From Zygnema circumcarinatum SAG 698-1b (taxonomy: Eukaryota; Plantae; Zygnematophyceae), in NCBI GenBank assembly GCA_037447605.1, contig CM074819.1, positions 2,159,580 to 2,223,579 of the forward strand: a stretch of 64,000 nucleotides of DNA. The letters are read 5' to 3'. The notes under the pieces are model-generated. The model was not told where the DNA came from, did no database searches, and saw nothing but the letters and a program-made list of their open reading frames with translations. Shown piece after piece: positions 22,074 to 37,302 of this stretch. Position 1 is the first letter of the stretch. Each line of letters opens with the position of its first letter. The position numbers and the translations under genes are program-made.

Positions 22074-23994
22074 ATGGCTGCTTCTGGGATGATCTCTTCT
22101 CCGGAACCTTTTCTGGCCCCTTCAAGCCAGCGCCCTTCCCCTTTCCCTCGCCCCTCTCCCTCTCCTGCGCCTTCAGGGCTTCTGCAGGAGTCAGTTCGAG
22201 GCCCTGCAACCTCAAAATCTTCACTCCTGAGTCTCCCTCCAAGGAGAAGAGCAGAAGCCCTCTTGCTGGACATGGCGGGCCTCTGTGGGAGAATCTTGGA
22301 ACTGACACGTGGTAGTCAGGCGGAAGGGAGGGCTGTTTCTTCTTTCTCACAAAAGCAAGGCGTTGGGCAGCAGTTTCTGGCAGGGGCGGTGGTGCCGCCG
22401 GAGGGAAGGAGCGCCACGGGCGTGAGGGAGCTTCTCAGCATTCTGGAAGCGCACCAATCCCTTCTATCAGAGTCTATCGCGGAAGTCCAGGAGCTTCAGG
22501 TGAGGATATATTTTGGCAGTATTCCCGCAGGGTTTTCGGGTATTTGGGGCTCTTTTAAGTTTATAATATTTGTAGATTCACAACGGACATGTGCTCTCGA
22601 AGTTCACATCATTATCTCAAACCTGTAGATTCATGAAGTTTCAGCAGCCCATAAAAAAGTCGAATTAGCAATCTGGGCTCGGGCTCTGGATGGACCTTCT
22701 GGTCAAGGACTGTGAATACAATTTGAGTTTGTGGTGTTAACGCAGAAAAAGCTGCTTTCTTTCTCACTCGGTGGCTTAGAAAGTAGAGATCCTAAAACCC
22801 CTCGAGGAATATGCAGGGTGGAAAACGGGAGAGGGCTCATCTCATCTCACGAACAAGTGAAACTTCAGCAGCGCTTCGCCAGTTTGCAAAACGACTTCGA
22901 GATTCTCAACTTCTCCTGGAGGGCACTTTGGATGATTATCAAGAGTACAAGCACTTAAGGAAAAGGAAAAGCACTGAGGAAACGACAGTCGAGCGTTCTG
23001 AAGGGAGCCATGGAAGTCCTGTACAGAGTGATTTAGATACACAGGAAAAGGAGTGCTCAGGGCGCTCAACAGTCGACGTTCAAGACCTCATCGCTTATGC
23101 TCACAAAATTAGCTACACCACTTTTGCACCTCCTGAATTTGCCCAGGGATTAGGGTTGATGGGAGTCCTGCCTCCTGCTCCGCAGGATGAGCAAATGAGA
23201 GCATCAGCACTTTATCATTTCACAGATGAAGAGCTTGGTGTTCCCAAACCTCCAGAACCATCTGCAGATGAACCTACTTCTGAAGCAAAGGAAGCTCTGA
23301 TTGCTCCCAAGCAGGAGTCAGGATTTCCTCCTCCTCCATCCATGGCTGCAGGTGGTCCTCCTTCAGCTTCCCTAACAACGTCAATCAAGAAAGAAGGAGC
23401 TGCTCCCTTACCACCACCACCACCTCCTGGATGGAAACCCGGTGATCCAATTACTCTTCCTCCCCCTCCTCCTGGGTGGAAACCGGGTGACCCCATCCCC
23501 TTACCCCCCATGGCCGGCCATCCTACTGCTGCTCCCCCTGGTCACCCTGCAGGTGCTCCTAGACCTGCAGGTCCACCAGCTGCTCCTTCCTTCCAAGTTC
23601 GACATGTCGAGGTGAGAGCTTTCTTTTCGAGTTAACTTTCTCTCTAAGGTCCCTTTCTATTTGAAGTCCAGGAATTGGTAATGCTGGTGCATGGGCGATT
23701 CTTGTGTCTCTGTTTGCTTGCTTGCTTGCTTGTCTAAAACCAAGCAGAATGGCTTGCTCAGAAGGGGATAGGTAAGAAGTTGTTTGTTGAAGATCATTAT
23801 GTGCTAGAAATCGTAGTTAGTTAGAGCCTTTTGTTTGTGGAAATCACAGAATGCAGGAAGAATGTTCCATCCTTGCTTTCAAGCATAAGATAAACACATG
23901 TTTTGTTTTTCTTCATCTCTGGCAGCTCGACTTGAATCCGGAGCTGGAAGACTCGGACAGCGATTACAGTGGTTCATCGGATGAAGAGGATTAG
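22074..23994 (+). CDS. MED4: Mediator subunit 4 (3 exons; start could be the later ATG near 22272)
   Basis: DLIAYAHKISYTTFAPPEF, LPPAPQDEQMRASALY, PPPPPGWKPG x2, QVRHVE|LDLNP...DYSGSSDEED*. Confidence 0.92.
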
Positions 23995-25571
23995 GGTTCG
24001 AGTTGGACGGAAATCTTATGGAGGGAGTGGGAGAGGGATCACCTTATCCTCACTTTCGGCTTCCCTTTTGCTTCTTGCTTCGTCTTTCTTTACCTTGATG
24101 TGGAGGATTTCTTTACTGGCTACCTTTCCCCCTTTGTAATGGACGGCATCCTATTGAGTTCAACTCAATTGTTTCAATTTCAGCTCAGTGTAAAATTGTA
24201 AATCCAGTTGCGGTTCCAGTTTCAGTTTCAGTTCTGTTGTATTCGGCCTTCACAGCGTAGAATGGATGGTAGTGATCGACTGCCAATGAACATAGATATG
24301 GTGTTGACATGCTTGTTGTCAAGGTTGAGACGAAACAAAAACATATGAAACGTTATCTGACGGAAAAAAAAGCCGCATCGGCACGTTTAGCAGGGTCTAG
24401 GGTGCATACATTGTCGCCAAATCTATAAGCAAGAATACTCTTTTTCACCTCTTCGCTCGTCTCCTACCCGTTTCTCTCCCACTCCCACCTTTCCCTCACC
24501 CTCCTCCCTTCCCCTTGCTTCCCCACTCTCCCCTCTCCACCCCTCCCCCTCTCCCCCCCCCTCCACCCTCTCCCCTCCCTTCCCCACTCCTCCCTCTCCA
24601 GCCCCCTCCCCCCTTTCTCCCCCCCTCCCCCCTCTCCCCCTCTCTCCCCATCCCCCCTCTCTCCCCCCCCCCCCCAATCCTCCGTTACAGAGTTTTTCTT
24701 ACAAACAAAATCGAAAAGCCATCACGATTTCCATCAGATATAACAAATGATTTGATTGATAGTAAAAAAGAAAAAGGTAGGCTGATGATAGCTGACGAAT
24801 ATGCGGCTAACCGGTCAGCTTTCATGGTTGTAATGTGATGTCCTCACGCCGTAGGCGCTTTTCTATGCAACAAAATTACAGTTTTTTCAACAATAATGGT
24901 GATTTTAAACCGCCAAATTGTGCCAGAACATTGAAATAAATGCATGGAATATATAATAATGAATAATGCAAGGGAGGTGGTGCCAATGGCCCTCCTATAA
25001 ACCCTCCGCCTACCAAACGGAAACCCTAAAGAGACTGTACATGGTGTCATTTTGTACTCTGAGATTGAAGACCTGAAAAAAAGTAACCTCAATTCTCTGC
25101 TTCGTGTTCTTCCTAAATGCAGTCCAAGGTAGGACTTAGTTTGCTGCAATTAAACCATTCATAATATAGCTGACTGCCCTGTTCAACGAAGCACCCAGGT
25201 TGGTTCTATGAGCCTCTCGGTCTCCCAGTTTCTCCCCCTCCTCAACCAACAGCGAACTTGAGAGGCTACCTCCTCTCATTCCTCTCACACTCTCATCACA
25301 CTACCGCCTGCTCTCCCACTCTCCTCCTTCCCTCTCCTTCTCATTCTCCTTCTTCTTCTCACTTCTTCTTCTCTCTCCTTCTTCTTCTTCTTTTCCTTCT
25401 CCTTCATCTTCTTCGCTTCTTCTTCTCTCTCCTTCTTCTTCTTCTTCTTCTCCTTCTTCTTCTTCTCTCCTTCTTCTCCTCTTCTCTCTTTCTCGCCCCC
25501 CACTCCCACTGCCTCTCCACTCTCCTTCCCAGCTCCCTTTCCCTCCCCCCCCACACCACCCCCTTCTCCAC

Positions 25572-27020
25572 TCAGACTCGCATTAAAGTACAAGTACTAA
25601 ACCACCGAGTCACCAGCCCCATTTGTGGAGGATTCAACTTCTTCCACCCCTCCTTCCTCCCCACATCCTGCATGTACATGCATGGCCCGGCCATCAGTTT
25701 TCCAATTCTTCCGTTAAACGGAAGTCTCGCAGCCCACGCTTCATGTGCATCCGCTGCATTTGGGTCTTCCCCTCCCACCAAAAAAACTTTACTTTCAAAC
25801 CCAGCAAGGGAAACAGCTCCCATAAACCCTGTCGTAGGAAGGGGCCCCACATTCTCCCATACTTCCTCCTTCCCATCATATATTCTGAGCTGATATGTTC
25901 TATCCACATTCAAGGAGGGAGCTGCATCCAAAAGATAGAGTCTGTTGCTCCTTGAATCTAACCGAGTATAGAACGGCGGACTCGTATTTGAAGGGAAAAA
26001 ATGTTCCTCTGTAGACCACTTTCCACTCACCGGATCATATACATCTGCAAGCCCCTTCGCCCATGAGCTTCTCACATAGAACTTTCCGTTCACAGTTGCT
26101 CCCTGACATTCTAAAGCCGGCATTCTCTCCGAATCCCAGGGCATATCTGCAATTTCTTTCCAGCAATCTTTCTCTAAGTCATAGATTTCTGCAGAATGGA
26201 GCGAATCATGAGCATAATTGAACCCAGCTCGCAGCCCTCCTGCAATGTACAGCTTATTTCCAATCACTGCACTCGCAAACCGGTCTCTCGGAGTCAACAT
26301 TTTCGCCCCTTTGGTCGCTTTCCCAGTCAAAAAATCATATCTCCAAATCTCTCCGGTCGGAATAAACCGGTCAAATTCATCTGAAGGATATGCCCCTCCG
26401 CAAAATATAAGAGTGCTCCCAATTGCAATTAGCCGAGTACAGGGCGATATCTTATTACTGAAAGGGAGGCAACCCAAATCATGCCAAGTTTCACCTTCAA
26501 TTTGAAAAACCCACAAATGGGCGAAAATTTCCTGCGACCCTAAAGAAGCCCACTCAAGCGCACATAGAAAGGCCTCTTCAGTTCCTGTCAGGTGTCGCGT
26601 GCGCAGGAGCTCTCCGCTGTCTGCCACGTGTCGCCATCTCCTGCAGACGCTCCGAAGCTTCTGGAAGCTTCCAAGAGGGACACGTGCCAGGCAGAGAGTG
26701 GAGAGATCGTCCGATGGAATGCCCGGAATGAGCTCGGACGAGTCATGGGAGAGGGGAGGAGGGGAGGGAGGGAGATGAGAGGGAGGGCGAGAGGGAGGGA
26801 GGTGGGAGGAGGAGGAGGAGGATGGGAGAGGGCGAGGGAGAGAGGCGGGAGCATTGCTTGAGGCGCAAGTAGGCGTTTTGGAGTTCGGAGATTTGAGGGT
26901 TTTTAGGGTTTTTTTTGGGAAGCAGTGGATGAGGGGAGCCTTTGGAGAGTGGGCAATTGGGTCAAGAGAGGAAGGGGAGGAGGTGGGGCCAGCTTTAGGT
27001 TTGCTTGGTTTGGAGCCCAT
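25572..27020 (-). CDS. F-box/Kelch-repeat protein (single exon, 482 aa)
   Basis: F-box LIPGIPSDDLSTLCLARVP..LRSVCRRW followed by Kelch repeats (LIFCGG, KLYIAGG..SAEIYD..W, KFYV, KVFLVGG). The N-terminus MGSKPSK resembles a myristoylation motif. Confidence 0.92.
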   Translation of the reverse strand: MGSKPSKPKAGPTSSPSSLDPIAHSPKAPLIHCFPKKTLKTLKSPNSKTPTCASSNAPASLPRPLPSSSSSSHLPPSRPPSHLPPSPPPLSHDSSELIPGIPSDDLSTLCLARVPLGSFQKLRSVCRRWRHVADSGELLRTRHLTGTEEAFLCALEWASLGSQEIFAHLWVFQIEGETWHDLGCLPFSNKISPCTRLIAIGSTLIFCGGAYPSDEFDRFIPTGEIWRYDFLTGKATKGAKMLTPRDRFASAVIGNKLYIAGGLRAGFNYAHDSLHSAEIYDLEKDCWKEIADMPWDSERMPALECQGATVNGKFYVRSSWAKGLADVYDPVSGKWSTEEHFFPSNTSPPFYTRLDSRSNRLYLLDAAPSLNVDRTYQLRIYDGKEEVWENVGPLPTTGFMGAVSLAGFESKVFLVGGEDPNAADAHEAWAARLPFNGRIGKLMAGPCMYMQDVGRKEGWKKLNPPQMGLVTRWFSTCTLMRV

Positions 27021-27709
27021 GGCGGCAGAGGAAGCTTCTTATCTCCTCTCTCTACTTCCTGCTCTCTCTCCTCTCTCACTTCCCTTTATCTTCTGGTTCT
27101 TACATACTTCACTCTCCCACTCTCTCTCTCTGACTCTCTTCCTCACTCCCTCAGCCTCACTCTCTCTCCCTCTCTCTCTTCCTCTCTCTCCCTCACACTC
27201 TCTCACTCCCTCGCTCACTCTCTCCCTCCCTCTCTCAATCTATCTCCCTCAATCTCTCCCTCAATCTCTCCCTCAATCTCTTCCTCCCTCTCTTTCACAC
27301 TCTCTCCACTGATTTCCAATTCCAGCTCTCTCTCAGTTCTCTCCCTCAGTCCTCTCCATCTCCCTCTCCCTACACTGCCTCTCCCGCTCCCTCTCCCTCT
27401 CTCCCACTCCCTTTCCCTGCCGCTTAACTTCCTGCCCCATCTCCTCCCTCTCGCTCGTATCGAGTGAAGCGGACGCCCGCTTCATGTTGGGGCCAGGTTT
27501 GTAATATTTCCTTTTAAAAAAAAGCAACCGAAGAATTTCTTTCCTTCCCATATGCCCTCGACAAAGCTCCTCTCCTTCTGCCCGGACCACTGGGCAAGGA
27601 AATAAGCGAATCCTCGACGCCCACGTGGGTTTTAGATGGCTGCCCAAGACGACAAATTCTCCATGTAATGCTTTCATATTTTGCCCGATACCTCAGGGAA
27701 GATGATTGG

Positions 27710-28178
27710 CCAATCATGGGTGACCACGTGGACGTTTACTTCTGTATCTGGTCTCCAAACTGTGCGCCGTCAGCCGACCGTCACTATCAGCCAATGCGAC
27801 GTCGTCCCCTGGACACTACCTGCACGAGAGAGACCGGTAACTGCACGTCGCAGCCCACGACGGCCAATGCGTAGCCGCCACGTAGCCAGATCGTCGACGT
27901 GAGCGATCGGTATCCGCACGTGAATCCCATCCAGCTAATATGTATCCGCCACGTGTTCACGTCCTTCACTAGTATCCGCACGTCGCAGCCCGAGCAGCCA
28001 ATGCGTCTCCGCCACGTGGTCACGACCTTCACGGAAGAGATCGATACCCGCACACCGCAGCCCGACCGGTCGTTTTAACGAGGCGGGCCCTCATTCATGG
28101 CCGGTCACCGGCCACGGGCGGGGCCCCCTGTAGTTCACGCTACAGCTAGGAAACATCCAGTAATAATGGGCCACGTCA
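27710..28178. promoter_or_regulatory. Three exact ERSE motifs (CCAAT-N9-CCACG) plus a UPRE-like CCACGTCA
   Basis: ERSE at 27710-27728, 27864-27882 and 27998-28016. CCACGTCATC at 28171-28180. Confidence 0.5.
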
Positions 28179-29714
28179 TCAAAGTTGTGTATCTGGCAAA
28201 TTCCCATTGGTGATGGTAGACTGTAGCGCGCAGAAATGGCCCAGAATGGAGCTGAGCTGGAGAATGTATCCCCCCGTAGACGACAAAAAATGAAAAGGTT
28301 TTTCTCGCGCCAATCACGCGCGAGGGCATCGAAAGAATCGGATCCGTATCTGTGCCACTAAAATTACTGTCATTCGATTCACGACAAAATGTACAAAAAA
28401 AACAACTGCGAGATTTGTAGAGCCAATCGCATAGTGCCAGATAAGCAATTTGCGAAATTTTATATGAGCTCAAATATCCTTAAGATATGATGGACAAAAT
28501 AATTTTGTCGATTAAGCTAACACACGGAGAATTTTGTTTTTTAGTGGGACGCATTAGATGATGACAAAAGCCAATTGTACGAATATATTGTCGTTTCTGT
28601 CATCGCGTTTGGCCTTCTTGGACTATCAGCCAATCACAGTGCTGTGACCTTTCAGGCTTGCTAGCTTCAAAGTAAAAAGCGTACATCACAACTTTTTCTT
28701 TCTATGGTTATTTTACCGTGATGCGTACGTATTTCTCCCAGATATATCCTCTAAATTATCCCACAATGCTGGGAGCCACACCCCATTTGCACCCAAACGG
28801 GTGCAAGTATAAAGTTTGCAAACTTAACCTTCATCAATTTCAAAAGGGTCGAATGGTTTTTATGCCACGCGGGGCAGTCGCTGCCCCGCGCCGTATGGAC
28901 ATCAAGACATATGGTCGACAAAATTTCTGGACCCATCCCATAGGGTTGGCTTCTGGCCGACCCTCCATGCACGTGAAACTGAAAGTATAATTGTCGTGGA
29001 ACTGCAACTGGGTCAGAATGTTACAGACCAAAAATTGTATATGGAACCGCACTGGAACTGGGACTGGAACTGGAACAGCGTGTGTCATAACTCATAAAGG
29101 TCATGTTCACGTTACAGACCGAGAACTGGACGTGGAATTAGATTAGAACTGGAACTGGAACAACATGTATATGAACTGGATTTTATCACCGTTATAGACC
29201 CAAAACAGAACATGGAACCGCGTTGGAACTGGAACTGGAACTGGCATTCGTAAATCTACAATCCATTTCAGTGAAACCTCGATCACAAGTCCTCCCTAAA
29301 GCCAAACCCCGGTCCCTTCCGGCTCCAACGGCAACTATTTTTTTCGTACCTTCATCCGTACGATCTGAACCCATTGTTTTTGGCCCTCCCCCACCGTTTG
29401 CAGCTTCCTGCACACTGCGGTGGTAGGGGCTCTCCAGGGTTCAAGGACACCCTTGGATCGGAGCCTTCCTTCCACCTTGTGCAGGCATTCAGGATTTTTA
29501 GGGTTTTGAAGCTCTGGCTTTCTTCTTCCTGAGGGCTTCCTCCTCCTCTTCCAAGCAGCAGCCATGGCGGCCTCTTTGGCGCCTCTGCAACCGTTATGCA
29601 GGTCCTGAACTTTTTTCCTTTACAGCTTCAGGCTGCTTCAACTTGCAAGGGACTCCATTCTGGGCCGAAAAAAAACGGAGTTTGAGTTCGAGGGGGAGTT
29701 CAGGAGCCGCATCC

Positions 29715-35138
<5,424 letters not shown>

Positions 35139-37051
35139 AGGACTGAACAGCGCGGTGCCCCTAAACTTTAAGTTAGGGTTATTTTTGGTCCCCTTAGAGC
35201 CCCCCCAGAGTGCTCTTATTATTGGAATTTGGGAAGCTGCATATGCCGACTTCCAGCGATGGAAAAAACACAGAGTTTTGGATGTAATAAGGGTGATTTT
35301 GGCCTTCTGTTTGGCGCCGCAATCTAAGAAAGGCCTTCAGAGAGATTTGTCATGTCATGTTATTGAGTTTCATGTTGAACAAGGGCCAAAAAATAGGAAG
35401 GAACTCTTCAGAAGGAATATTTCCTGCACAGTGAGGACAGGGGAATTATTGAACCTGAAGCTGTTCCTGCATCTGTTGAGAAGATAGGGTTAAAAAAAAT
35501 AGGTCGGAGGAGCATAGGACTGAGGACATGGGCGAGAGAAAGTCAGAAATTCCTTTGAACTCAGCTCCGAATCTGAATTTGAAGGAAGATTTGAATCCAA
35601 CGGAGAATTCTGAAAGGCAGTTTTTCATAACTGGAGAGGGGTAAGCTGCAATATCTGCAGCCGCAACGGAGACAAGCAATAATAATGATTTACGAAACGC
35701 GGAACTGATAACAGATTGCCACATGTGAAAGCTGTAGTTGTAGAGCGTATTCTGAAGGTTTCTGAGCTGCAGGAATCCCAAGTGTCTGCCAGGGGAAGTC
35801 TGGCAGAAAACTTGGTGGAAATTTCGTCTGCTTGCGTTGTGGCTACATATGTGGAAGAAAATTTGAACAGTTACAGTCCAGTTGCAGACAATTTTCGCAT
35901 GGAGACAGTAGGGAATCACGGAACAGTGTCATGGATACGTCAGGCTCTGCAATGACACGGAACTGTTGAAGCCATCAAAGTCTACGAGGGAGGGAGGGCT
36001 TGGGGTCAGCCATGGCTGCTGTGAAGGCGGTTCTGCCGGATGAAGATTTATGACTCTGACGCATTCAATCTTGTTAAAGTCACAAGCTTAGTATCAACCC
36101 CAACACGCAATTAAGGAAATATGTCATACCTACCTGCCTATAGAGTTTCACTTTTTTAAGATCGCTGCGTGTTATACCCTGCAATGCAATGCAGTGAGTG
36201 ATTCCAATGAACTGGCAGGGCACAGCAGTCTGTTCCTCAGGCTGTTTCTGAAGGGTTTTACATGTTAGGGTTTTGGACATTATACCGTGGGCTTTCGGTC
36301 GGAACTGAGCCATTCACACATCATCAACGTTGTTTTGGCACCACCGCATTGACCTTCACTTTCTATCCAGCATTGGTTTGCACGACCTTGAGCATGGCGC
36401 GTTGGCTTGCTCGCATGCCATGTGTTGTTGTTCATGCCCATGTTGTTGTTGCACATGGATGCTGGCTGCTTGCATGCACCCATGCCGTCCGTCATGATCA
36501 CAATGCCTTCACATTCCTTCCAATTTGTTGTGTACGTGGATGTGGTTGCATGCTCATGCGTATGCCTGTGTGTGTGCGCACATACATGCATTGATCTCAT
36601 AATGGCGATGCCATCCAATGTCCATGGACACAACAACAACATGGTTGGAGAACCATGCATGTCCATGTGTCCATGTGCCCTCTCATGTTGTAGATGTTGT
36701 GGAGCACAATCTCAACGGTACAACAGCACATGTGTGCGCATAGTGACGCATGTAGCCAGTAAAAGCCCCCACCACATGGACGGCCTCTCAAGCGTGCGCT
36801 TACGCTATCCGGCGGCCACACCGCACATCGCACGTGCACGAATTGTCACATGTGACGCAGCACTATCACTGCCTCCAGGGAGCCCTCTGTCCGTCGGATC
36901 GTCCACCTCGACGGCCGCGATGAGCTCCGCCGTGCTTGGAACGCGTGGAGATTTCAGGATCTGGATAGCGCCTGGTAGGCCCACACAGACGCTCCCAGCG
37001 CGCCACGTGTCCACCCAAGCGTCGCACGGCATTCACTGATCGCTGGAGCCG

Positions 37052-37165
37052 TGCGACGTGCTTGCGACGCGTGTGCGACGCCAGGCGACGCGTGTGCGAC
37101 GTTCCTGCGACCCATGCGACATGCGTGCGACGACCCTGCGACGTTAATGCGACGCCTGTGCGACG
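37052..37165 (+). repeat. Array of 11 TGCGACG-type motifs with about 11-bp period
   Basis: GCGAC starts at 37053, 37064, 37075, 37085, 37096, 37107, 37116, 37127, 37138, 37149, 37160. The spacers differ from each other. Confidence 0.9.
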
Positions 37166-37302
37166 GTCCTGCAGGCGCCTTTTGAGGGCCTCGGGAGAGC
37201 TCTTTGTGCTATTTGCTACGAGGGAGGAAGGTAAAGGGGAGGCGGTCTGTCAGAGTCAAAGTCAGAGTCTGCTTTCACTTTTGCATTCAAACGCAACGCG
37301 AG

